Shown: positions 13,327-24,200 of the stretch, one piece after another
How the letters are laid out: the number at the start of each line of letters is the position of its first letter
How positions within the stretch are numbered: position 1 is the stretch's first letter
DNA from: Eledone cirrhosa
Lineage: Eukaryota
Assembly: GCA_964016885.1 (NCBI GenBank)
Contig: OZ024741.1
Span: forward strand, 362,266,001-362,330,000
DNA length: 64,000 nt
Reading direction: 5' to 3'
Notes under the pieces: generated by a model
Told to the model about the DNA's origin: nothing
Seen by the model: only the letters and a program-made list of their open reading frames with translations
Database searches by the model: none
Translations under genes and position numbers: made by a program

Positions 13327-13448
13327 AGTTTTAATATAGATGAGATTCTACAGGACTAGAACTGTTTCATTCTTTAGAAATCATCAGGAATCTGATGATT
13401 TCTAAAGAATGAAACAGTTCTAGTCCTGTAGAATCTCATCTATATTAA

Positions 13449-13452
<4 letters not shown>
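13327..13452. repeat. Perfect palindrome, 61 bp arms with a 4 nt loop, containing hammerhead-like cores on both strands
   Basis: 13327-13387 is the exact reverse complement of 13392-13452; the right arm reads CTGATGA-tttctaaagaat-GAAAC. Confidence 0.93.
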
Positions 13453-13520
<68 letters not shown>

Positions 13521-14572
13521 CTGTTGTTGTTGTTGGCGTGTTGAAATCTGGTCGCAACGACTGAGATATATATAATATATGATGGCTTCCCCCTCGTTAT
13601 CGAGTATGGCTATTGCATGATATACCATTATTAATAATTATTAATTAATTCTATCATGCAATCCCTGTGCATGAAGATGTTTTTTAAAGTGAGGAAAGAC
13701 AGTGCACTGAGCCAATCCCACTCTCTGAGCGATAGTAGCTATAACCCGAAAAGAAGAAAAGATCAACATCATTGGTAACTACTGAGCTGCAGGTTTTATA
13801 TCGGAGTTATCCCAGTTTCCTGAGATACCTTCTCCTAGAATGCCCTGACAAAGGCTAGGGGTCCTTCACTCCCAGTGGTTTAACCATGCGGTACATGTGT
13901 ATATACAAAAGTGTGTAAATATATATATATACATACATATATACACACACATACATATATATATATATATACACACACATTCAACAAAGGAGTTAGGGGT
14001 TTCTCAACAGGTCAGACATCTTAGTGTAGATAGGGTAATTACTTATGTGGTGGTGGTTGGGGGGGGGGGGCGAGTGTAGACGTTATTGTGGTGGTGGGAG
14101 GCAGTGAGATGTATCAAGTTCAAGTTCACTTGTCCCTTTTCCTCTCTTTTCAAAATGTGAATTTATGGCCATTTTGCAATGGGGGACAAGTAAGCGTAAA
14201 ATGTAAAATTTAAATAGAGATTGCTCTGGAAAAATATATGGTATATTTCTGTAGCTTCCACAGCTTTTGTCAGAACATTTCCCCGGAATCCAATGAGCAA
14301 AGATTTTGTTGTATTTTGATCTTTCAGAATACGAAAATTAATAAAAACTTACCCCCACGAAAAACAGTGTGTTGTCTTATCTATGAGCTCCCTGCTATAC
14401 ATCAATGTTTATAATTAATTCAATGTTTATAATTAATAAGTTTATAATTAATAAGTAATATTTCAAAGCTTAATATTTGATGAATTATGTGGAAGTCAAA
14501 TGAGTGTACAGAAATTAGGTTGATAAAGGAAACTGTAACTCAAGGAAATTACAAAAAAAAACATATTTGAGC

Positions 14573-14627
14573 TTTATTGATAAAAGTAGATATAATGAAT
14601 GTAATATTTCTAACCAATTTGTTTATT
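14573..14627 (-). promoter_or_regulatory. Candidate polyadenylation signals (AATAAA) of the P450 gene
   Basis: TTTATT on + at 14622-14627 and 14573-14578, about 170-220 nt downstream of the stop; common hexamer in AT-rich DNA. Confidence 0.3.
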
Positions 14628-14797
14628 TCTATAATCTAAATTTTACTATGCATATATGTAGATTTATCACACAGATATTACCATATATCTCACTGAGGTT
14701 AGAATTATGTACTTTGGAGAAATATTATCGTCGAAGCGTTAGTATTCTGTAGAGGAATTTTAAAGTGATACCCTCAAACAGATAAGATACATGTAGC

Positions 14798-14976
14798 TTA
14801 CAGTGCCACTACACGGATACTATCTTTCACTGGGACATAGGTAAGACCTGATTGTCTACCTTCCATTATCATTGGAGTTTCATCAGGTCCTTCAATCTGA
14901 AATTTCTGCAAGATGTTCGTAAAAGTTACGAAAAGTTCAATATTGGACAGCAATATTCCAGCACATATTCTTGGAC
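14798..14976 (-). CDS. Cytochrome P450 (clan 2-like), terminal exon with heme-ligand Cys
   Basis: tttgtag|GT CCA AGA ATA TGT GCT GGA: (G)PRICAGILLSNIELFVTFTNILQKF...GLTYVP...VVAL*; joins the previous exon to give FSLGPRICAG. Confidence 0.95.
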
Positions 14977-15221
14977 CTACAAATATAAGATATGAATTAA
15001 AAGCCATGATATTAAATTATAAAATTGTTATTTTGTAAAACATATCAACGGAGAACCATTTAATAAATTTGAATACTATAGACTCTTATATTTCAATCAT
15101 AATATTTAATGATTATCATCATTATCATCATCATCATCACCAACATCCATTTTTCTATGCTTGCATGAGCTATACGGGTTGTCATGTTATGAGACAAGCC
15201 TGGTCCGGAGACCAACATGCT

Positions 15222-15520
15222 CATACGGATCTGTATTTTGGCTTGGTTTCTACGACTGGATGCTCTTCCTAACACCAACCACGTTATAATGTGGACTGAG
15301 TGCTTTTTATTGTGACACCAAAATGACCATCTAATGACTAATTTTAATCTTATATACCTATTTACTGAGAGACACATTGTACTTTCCATATTTTGGCATT
15401 GTCCTTCTGGCTGTATGCCCATCCTATCACCAACCACTTTACAGCGTGGATAGAATGTTTTGTTCGTGCCATTAGCACTAGAGAGATTGTCTGACTGGAG
15501 TCAAGGGTCCTCTCTAGCCT
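15222..15520. repeat. Dispersed repeat, two tandem degenerate copies (third copy at ~12105-12260)
   Basis: Shared motif CTGGATGCCCTTCCTAACACCAACCACTTTACAG...GGTGCTTTT; probably SINE or RTE-UTR derived. Confidence 0.55.
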
Positions 15521-16245
15521 GTATAACATTTTATTCGGAGTGACTGCTCTGCTTGACAGATTGCTTACACTACAGCTTGCCAAGTCTGTCCGTGCAATCC
15601 TATTTTATTCAGTGTCACTGCCCTCCTTGACAGGATGCCACCTGCATGGCTTACTGAACCCTCGTCTGTTCCATGCAGCCTTATTTTATTCATAGTATCT
15701 GCCCTCTCAGAACCCTCGTCTTCACCAAGCTGTCATAATTTATTCGGAGTAACCTCACTCCCACTCAGGCTTCCACCCACTCATCTTACGGAACCCTCGT
15801 TGGCCATCCTCATCATTATTACGATCCATACGGTGAGCTGTCATTAAACATACCATAGGGGTCTGTATGGAAACCGTCCTATAGAAAGGTGGTGGTAAGG
15901 TTATATGACGCAGACGGGCAGGTTGTCAGATTTATCGTAACGAGGGAGATTTTTGAGATATTAGTTATGAACATTATTAGCTTGACTCAGAAAATGAAAT
16001 AAAGAGAAAATGAAAGACTTAGCTTAGTTTTCTTTCATGGATATTTTGATTTTCATGCAAAACTGCCCGACAAAAATTTGAAATTAAATGAACATTGTTT
16101 GGGAAACTAAATATTGAAATGTATTTATACTGATGTTTTACAGTTTTGTCTGCTACGAGGTCAATCAACCTATTAGCAATAATAAGAAAATGTCCATGAA
16201 ATTGCACCAACCTTCTTTAAAAAAAAAACTCATTAAATAATGATT

Positions 16246-16444
16246 AGGCACAAGGTCAACAATTTTGTAGGAGGGGAATGTCGATGAAATCAACCCTAGT
16301 GTGTTACTGGTGCTTTATTTTATCGACCCCGAAAGGATGAGAGGTTAGGCTAACCTAAATTTGAACTCGGAACGTAAAGGGCCACAACTCTATGCTGCTA
16401 AACATGTCGTCCAACACTCTACCAATTCCACCAATCCACCGCCC
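16246..16444 (-). mobile_element. SINE family A (diverged)
   Basis: GGCACAAGG...TTTATCGACCCCGAAAGGATGA...TTTGAACTC...CCAATCCACCGCC. Confidence 0.8.
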
Positions 16445-16567
16445 TTTAAGATATTAAATAATGTAGTCAGAAATGTATCTTCACCCAAAAATATTCGAGT
16501 GGTCACTACTGGATTGTCTTTTGATCATATGTCTGTTTAGTAATGAAAATATATTTATATTACTTAC

Positions 16568-16774
16568 CCAAAGAGAAGGGCATAAAAGCCTCATTTTTTA
16601 GTAACTCATTATTTACTCCAATCCATCGTTGAGGGCGGAATTCCATTGGGCTATCCCAATAATTCGGATCATGATGGGCATCAATTATCCTGAATGAGAC
16701 AACACTCTTCGCTGGAATATCATAACCTCCCAGTGTTATGTCTTCCTCAGCAACGTGAGGAACAGTTAATGGAA
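16568..16774 (-). CDS. Cytochrome P450 exon (beta region, meander, start of heme loop)
   Basis: ttttaccag|TT CCA...TTG G|gtaagt; 207 bp, phase 1/1; PLTVPHVAEEDITLGGYDIPAKSVVSFRIIDAHHDPNYWDSPMEFRPQRWIG...EAFMPFSL. Confidence 0.95.
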
Positions 16775-16821
16775 CTGGTAAAAGAAGTATTATAAATATT
16801 ATTAATGTTGAGATTAATAAT

Positions 16822-17027
16822 GACTTCTACTAAAAGCACAAGGCCAGCAATTGTGGCAAGGGGAACTTAAATCGAACCAGTACGTAACTGGTATTTCATC
16901 GAGCCCATAAGGATGAAAGGTAAACCTAACCTCGACAGGATTTGAACTCAGAACGCAAAAGGCTGTAACTCTATGCCGTGAAGCACATGTCCGACGCTCT
17001 ACCGATACTGCCAATCTACTGCCCAAA
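16822..17027 (-). mobile_element. SINE family A flanked by a ~15 bp direct repeat (GTTGAGATTAATAAT, probable TSD)
   Basis: Family A core; direct repeat at ~16807 and ~17028. Confidence 0.8.
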
Positions 17028-17043
17028 CGTTGAGATTAATAAT

Positions 17044-17201
17044 TGCTTCTACTTTTGGCACAAGGCCAGCAATTATCCCAGTGCATTACTGGTACATTAT
17101 TTTATCGACCCTGTAAGGATGAATGGCAAAGTTAACCTGGGCGGGATTTTAACTCAGACCGTAAACGGGTGTAACTCTATGCTGCAAAGCATGGTGTCAG
17201 A
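17044..17201 (-). mobile_element. SINE family A, adjacent second copy
   Basis: TTCTACTTTTGGCACAAGGCCAGCAATTATCCCAGTGCATTACTGGTAC...ATCGACCCTGTAAGGATGAA. Confidence 0.8.
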
Positions 17202-17789
17202 CCAGGGTGTGATACTATTAGTTTAACGTAGTAAGTTTGGTGACGTAATACTGTAGTGTCATATATAACGTTGTTGTAAAACATGAGCCTGGCTTTATGT
17301 AACACTTGCTATAAAATATGTTTTATTCAACTCTTTGCTGTAAAAATAGGAATCTGAGCTTATGTAACGTTACGTTGAATTTGAAATTGTTTATGTAAGA
17401 TTGAAGTAATTTAACATGATAGTAGTGGCATGCAGAGCTCTGGTGATGCCCGGGGCAATTCTTGGTTGTATGCCCCAAAGACTCAAGTATAAGGCCTAAT
17501 ATACTGAGAAATATTATGAGAAAGGAAAACATTTTGAATATATAAACACAGATGAAACATGAAATAAACTTTTTATTCGATTTTTATATAAATCAAGCAA
17601 ATTTATTAAGTTCTTTTCTTCTAATGATGCCCCCTCTAAAGCATGCCTGGGGCCAACGCACCATGCCCCCCCCCCTCCTCTGCACGCTACTGCATGATGG
17701 TGTAAACTATAGGGATTTAACTAATATAAATATATATGCCGTTTACTTTAAATGGATTTCCCATTTTTTACGAAATATTAAACAGGCTA

Positions 17790-18153
17790 ATGTTTCCGGG
17801 TTCGAGTTCCGCTGCGTGGCACCTCAGGCAAGTGTCTTCTACTATAGCCTTGAGTTGACCAATGCCTTGTGAGTGGAACTTGGTCGACAGAAACAACAGA
17901 CGTCCTTCGTATAAATATATATATGTGTGTGTGTGCATATGTGTGACTGTATTTGTATGTTTGTGTGTACATGTGTGTGAGTGAGAATTTGTGTGTGTGC
18001 GTGTATGTGTGTGTGTGTGTAAGAGACTGAATTTAACGGTTTAACAAACAAAAAAGAAATTAATACTAAGTACTGGTGCCAATGTGATCGACTAAATCCC
18101 CTTTAAGTCGGTACTCCAGCATGACCGCTGTCTAATGACTGAAACCAGCAAAA
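17790..18153 (+). mobile_element. tRNA-derived SINE family B with internal (GT)n
   Basis: GGTTCGAGTTCC (B-box-like), GGCACCTCAGGCAAGTGTCTTCTACTATAGCC core, (GT)n tract, tail CTCCAGCATGACCGC...ATGACTGAAAC; partial relative at ~18600-18670. Confidence 0.65.
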
Positions 18154-18311
18154 ATATGTAGCCCCTGCCTATGAAGATTTTGACACTCATATCATTAGCA
18201 CACAAACATATATAAGATGTAATTGATATATTATATCTGTGAAAGTAAATACTAGGAATAGAATAGAGAATTGATATTTTACAAAACAAATTATTTCAAT
18301 AGTTTAGTTAC

Positions 18312-18408
18312 CAACGGGAGCGATTCTTTGAACCTCAAGTAGAGTTGCTGCAACATAATTCATATGTCGTTTGTCCTCCATTCTGACAGGTCTGTTCAAA
18401 TCAGTGAT
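18312..18408 (-). CDS. Cytochrome P450 exon (J'/K helix, ExxR)
   Basis: tctctctaccag|ATC...GTT G|gtaact; 97 bp, phase 0/1; ITDLNRPVRMEDKRHMNYVAATLLEVQRIAPV. Confidence 0.95.
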
Positions 18409-18876
18409 CTGGTAGAGAGAATTTATTACAATGAACATATAGATATACTTGTATATAGCGAAATCCTACATTAGCCAGTTTGTTATAGTATGAGACTCTA
18501 TTTCACACATCAGATGCTTTCGTTTTCTATGTCCGCTTTTATCCAGATTTTCGTCAAACATGAATATAGTGGGTATGGAATGAACTTTTTCTGGGTTCGA
18601 TCTCACGACGTGGAATCTTGTGCAAGTGTCATTTACTATATTTTCGTTTCGACCCAAGCCTTGTGAGTAAAATTGAATATGATTCTACCAGTAATTCAGC
18701 CATATTAGACACTGAGTTGCGCTAATCTCCCTGAAATAACAATAAGGTTGCATGTGTTTGTAGAATGCTCAGCCATTTACACGCTATTTCACGAGCTGGC
18801 TGTTCCATTGATTGAAAAACTGGAGCACTCATTGTCGAAACCGACGGAGATTCATTCCATTCTTCGTCTTCTTCTT

Positions 18877-19750
18877 ATTATTATTATTATTATTGTGTTA
18901 TTCCATTTAGGTGAGTTCTGTTTCTCAATTGCTGGGTTCAGGCCTTGAACCTAGAATAATAGAGGCTTTTATTGTAGAGAGAGAACTCGTCTGAGAATGT
19001 GTACGGTTCCCAATATCCCGATCTTCTGTAGCTCACATTTGCTGGTCTTGCAGGGAAGGACGCTAAGGTGCAGGTCTGACGATTTGGGTATTAATCCTGA
19101 TGCTCTTATTACCACAGGGATAGCATGTGTGGTCATCCTCCACATGCAGTTGATCTCTATTTCCAGGTCTTTGTATTTTGACAGTTTTTCCATTGTTTTT
19201 ACAGATGTATTCTTGTCAGTTGGTACGGAAATATCTATAAGGCTACATATCCGATCTGTTTTGTTTTTTATGATGATATCTGGTCTGTTGGCAGCGAATT
19301 CTCGGTCAGTTGTCACAGGCATATCCCACAAGATGGATATTTGCCCTTTTCCATGACTGTTTTTGGTTGATGTTCATACCATTTGTTAGAAGTTTGGTGA
19401 TCATGAGAGTGGCAGAGCCTCCAGTGCATATATTTGGCAATGCGGTTGTGTCTTTCGGTATAGTCAGTTTTTGCCATCTCTGGACACCTGGAGATAACAT
19501 GATCTACCATTTCTTCGTATTTGTAACATATTTTGCAAGGAGTGTTAGTCCTATTTTTCACTATTCTGTATCTACAGGCCCGAGTGTTTAGGGATTGATC
19601 TTGTACAGCAACTAAGAGTCAATTAGTTTCCTCTTTCAAGCCAGCACTTCTGAGCCAGGATAGTGAGCCATGCTGATCGATATCATTGCTAGAAAGTCGT
19701 TCTGGGAATCTACCATGTAGTGGTTTTGCCTTCCCTTCACGGTTTAGTTC
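18877..19750 (-). mobile_element. R4/Dong-like non-LTR retrotransposon 3' fragment (CCHC knuckle plus restriction-like endonuclease), intronic and degenerate
   Basis: KPLHGRF...WL..AGLKEET*..AVQDQ; CKIC...VDHVISRC...YTERHN; WDMPVTTDR..ANRPDIII...LIDISVP...EKLSKYKDL; one stop and a frameshift; 3' end runs into (TAA)n. Confidence 0.85.
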
Positions 19751-19844
19751 CACACACAAACATACATATATTCTGTTTTCGTCCTGTTCTGTCATACTGT
19801 TTTTCTTAATGTAAACCCTTTGTGGTTTGTGGTTAATAAAGAAA

Positions 19845-19970
19845 TCATTATTATATTAATATTATTATTATTATATGATTCTTCTTCTTATTATTATTAT
19901 CATCATCATCATCAATCCTCATCATCATCATTATCATCATTATCATCATCGTCATCATCACAATTATCAT
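19845..19970. repeat. (TAT)n/(CAT)n microsatellite
   Basis: Seen directly. Confidence 0.9.
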
Positions 19971-20026
19971 TTCGGGATCTACCAAGTACTTAGAAAAGAA
20001 AAGAAAACAAATTTCATATATTTTAC

Positions 20027-20163
20027 CTGCTTAATTTCCTCCCGACACTTATTCTGTATATCAGGATATTTGGCCATATATAGAAATGCCCAATTAAGAG
20101 TGGTGGCAGTTGTGTCTGTTCCAGCGATAAATATATCAACAATTGCACGGAACATATTCAGTT
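20027..20163 (-). CDS. Cytochrome P450 exon (I-helix)
   Basis: ELNMFRAIVDIFIAGTDTTATTLNWAFLYMAKYPDIQNKCREEIKQ|gtaaaa, phase-0 donor matching the next exon; acceptor tttttctgtaattgaag| is less certain. Confidence 0.92.
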
Positions 20164-20700
20164 CTTCAATTACAGAAAAAATAATTAGAATTAAACAATT
20201 TACTGATATTTTAAGGAGGCAAATTGGCAAAGTCGTTAGGGTGTCATATTTATTTTCTCCTAATTTCTCTAAATTTGTTTTGAGTTAACTGAAATGGATT
20301 CACCCGGAGCTCTTTCTAGCACTCCTTAAGGCCTGTCCTGTTTCCACCATGTGGAAAACATCTAAATAATTTTTCCCAATGGTAGAGGCTGGAATTTTAA
20401 TACAGCGCGAGATATATATATATTTTCACAAAGACTTAAACATACTGACGAAAAGTTTCATGGTCTTGATTGAGGTTCACCTTAATTGATAATTGGGGAT
20501 CGATACGAATGTTCAATATTCTCTGATTGTCAGAAACAGATCTGTCTATGATTGCATGGTCATATTTGGAAGTATATATTTAAATATAACATGTTTATGT
20601 GGGTAATGTTTTTATTTAACACCTAAACTTGTATTTGCAATATATGTATATATGTATTAATACTTGTTGTTTCTCAATTGATATATCTCCATATATCTTT

Positions 20701-21230
20701 TACTATTATTATTATTATTAATGTTATTATTACAGTTGCATTTATCTTGCTTTATGTTCATATGCGTTATCACGAAGTCACAACCAGTGACCTCAAGAGA
20801 CAACAAGGTCCGCCATGTTCAAGTAAGAACATACATACTCACACATGCATCTTTAGTGTTTAGACTTGTGATATACTTATATTGACAGAATCTTCCTTAG
20901 TATATGGGCAGTTCCCATTAGTACTATCTTTTGTATTTCTCCTATATGCGGATTTCCTGGGATTTGCGAAAAGTAATCATTAGACCCCTTAGGTATCATT
21001 CCCAGAGTGCCTACAACCACTGGTATTATTTATCTTCTCAATTTCCACATTTTTCCAATTTCTATCTCCAGGTCCTTATACTTGCTCAATTTTTCAAATG
21101 TTTTTATAGATACATTCTTGTCTATTGGAACAGACATATCAATTAGCAGGCATGCCCTCTTTTTAAAGTCCTTCAATATTATATCAGGTCTATTTGCATC
21201 TATTTTTCGGTCTGTTTGGATGCTAAAGTG
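20701..21230 (-). mobile_element. Second R4/Dong-like 3' fragment (RLE domain) ending in (TAA)n
   Basis: IQTDRKIDANRPDIILKD...LLIDMSVP...EKLSKYKDLEIEI.KMW...IIPVVVGTLG...GTAHILRK; (TAT)n on + at ~20701-20730. Confidence 0.85.
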
Positions 21231-24200
21231 TGAATATGTATGTTCTTTCTTGAACCCTACCAAAATTAGTCACAATCGCCAACTCGCTATTTCTGGTTCA
21301 ATCACTATTCTATGTCCTAATTTCACACTATATCATATTTTCACCATTCTATATCATTTTTTTTCTCTAAAAATCATATTTTCCCTATCACCGCATTTTC
21401 TCTATCGTATTTTCTTAAACAAGACAAATCTTGTATTTTCGTTTATTGTTAAATTATGCCCAAAATACGGCGATCTTATCTTAAACCTTACATTCTCGCT
21501 TAATTCTGTCATATTTTCATATTCTGTCGTATTTTCATAACAAAAACAAATCACTATTATATATTCCTTTAAATATATTTTGTTAAACTTGCTAAGTTCT
21601 ACGCAAAACTTCTAGTACCTATTTAAACTCTTAACCTCTGCTCCATCCCATCTTCTACCCCCTACCCATACATCATGCTGGTTCCTGCCCCCCCCCCCCC
21701 TCCCATCCCTCTCTATACATATAAGATAAACCCTACCAAAATTAATCACAATCGCCAACTCGCTATTTCTGGGATGGCTGTTCTTGCGGTATAAAGTAAC
21801 GTTCAAATATTTTTCTCGATTCTTCTCTCCATTCGAATCCATTCATTCAATCACTATTCTATGTCCTAATTTCACACTATATCATATTTTCACCATTCTA
21901 TATCATATTTTTTCTCTAAAAATCATATTTTCCCTATCACCGCATTTTCTCTATCGTATTTTCTTAAACAAAACAAATCTTGTATTTTCGTTTATTGTTA
22001 AATTATGCCCAAAATACGGCGATCTTATCTTAAACCTTACATTCTCGCTTAATTCTGTCATATTTTCATATTCTGTCGTATTTTCATAACAAAAACAAAT
22101 CACTATTATATATTCCTTTAAATATATTTTGTTAAACTTGCTAAGTTCTACGCAAATCTTCTAGTACCTATTTAAACTCTTAACCTCTGCTCATTCCCAT
22201 CTTCTACCCCCTACCCATACATCATGCTGGTTCCTGCCCCCCCCCCCCCATCCCTCTCTATACATATAAGATAAACCCTACCAAAATTAATCACAATCGC
22301 CAACTCGCTATTTCTGGTTCAATCACTATTCTATGTCCTAATTTCACACTATATCATATTTTCACCATTCTATATCATTTTTTTTTTCTAAAAATCATAT
22401 TTTCCCTATCACCGCATTTTCTCTATCGTATTTTCTTAAACAAGACAAATCTTGTATTTTCGTTTATTGTTAAATTATGCCCAAAATACGGTGATCTTAT
22501 CTTAAACCTTACATTCTCGCTTAATTCTGTCATATTTTCATATTCTGTCGTATTTTCATAACAAAAACAAATCACTATTATATATTCCTTTAAATATATT
22601 TTGTTAAACTTGCTAAGTTCTACGCAAAACTTCTAGTACCTATTTAAACTCTTAACCTGTGCTCCATCCCATCTTCTACCCCCTACCCATACATCATGCT
22701 GGTTCCTGCCCCCCCCCCCCCCCCCATCCCTCTCTATACATATAAGATAAACCCTACCAAAATTAATCACATTCGCCAACTCGCTATTTCTGGGATGGCT
22801 GTTCTTGCGGTATAAAATAACGTTCAAATATTTTTCTCGATTCTTCTCTCCATTCGAATCCATTCATTCAATCACTATTCTATGTCATAATTTCACACTA
22901 TATCATATTTTCACCATTCTATATCATATTTTTTCTCTAAAAATCATATTTTCCCTATCACCGCATTTTCTCTATCGTATTTTCTTAAACAAAACAAATC
23001 TTGTATTTTCGTTTATTGTTAAATTATGCCCAAAATACGGCGATCTTATCTTAAACCTTACATTCTCGCTTAATTCTGTCATATTTTCATATTCTGTCGT
23101 ATTTTCATAACAAAAACAAATCACTATTATATATTCCTTTAAATATATTTTGTTAAACTTGCTAAGTTCTACGCAAAACTTCTAGTACCTATTTAAACTC
23201 TTAACCTGTGCTCCATCCCATCTTCTACCCCCTACCCATACATCATGCTGGTTCCTGCCCCCCCCCCCCCCCCCCCCCCCATCCCTCTCTATACATATAA
23301 GATAAACCCTACCAAAATTAATCACAATCGCCAACTCGCTATTTCTGGGATGGCTGTTCTTGCGGTATAAAGTAACGTTCAAATATTTTTCTCGATTCTT
23401 CTCTCCATTCGAATCCATTCATTCAATCACTATTCTATGTCCTAATTTCACACTATATCATATTTTCACCATTCTATATCATATTTTTTCTCTAAAAATC
23501 ATATTTTCCCTATCACAGCACTTTCTCTATCGTATTTTCTTAAACAAGATAAATCTTGTATTTTCGTTTATTGTTAAATTATGCCCAAAATACGGCGATC
23601 TTATCTTAAACCTTACATTCTCGCTTAATTCTGTCATATTTTCATATTCTGTCGTATTTTCATAACAAAAACAAATCACTATTATATATTCCTTTAAATA
23701 TATTTTGTTAAACTTGCTAAGTTCTACGCAAATCTTCTAGTACCTATTTAAACTCTTAACCTCTGCTCATTCCCATCTTCTACCCCCTACCCATACATCA
23801 TGCTGGTTCCTGCCCCCCCCCCCCCCCCATCCCTCTCTATACATATAAGATAAACCCTACCAAAATTAATCACAATCGCCAACTCGCTATTTCTGGTTCA
23901 ATCACTATTCTATGTCCTAATTTCACACTATATCATATTTTCACCATTCTATATCATTTTTTTTTTCTAAAAATCATATTTTCCCTATCACCGCATTTTC
24001 TCTATCGTATTTTCTTAAACAAGACAAATCTTGTATTTTCGTTTATTGTTAAATTATGCCCAAAATACGGTGATCTTATCTTAAACCTTACATTCTCGCT
24101 TAATTCTGTCATATTTTCATATTCTGTCGTATTTTCATAACAAAAACAAATCACTATTATATATTCCTTTAAATATATTTTGTTAAACTTGCTAAGTTCT

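Noticed and set aside
21612-21842. Minus-strand monomer ORF containing YLNVTLYRKNSHP, reminiscent of Penelope RT motifs (FLDVT, YRKP, SxHP)
   Set aside because: Motif spacing is collapsed relative to real PLE proteins and the frame depends on poly-G length; probably coincidence.
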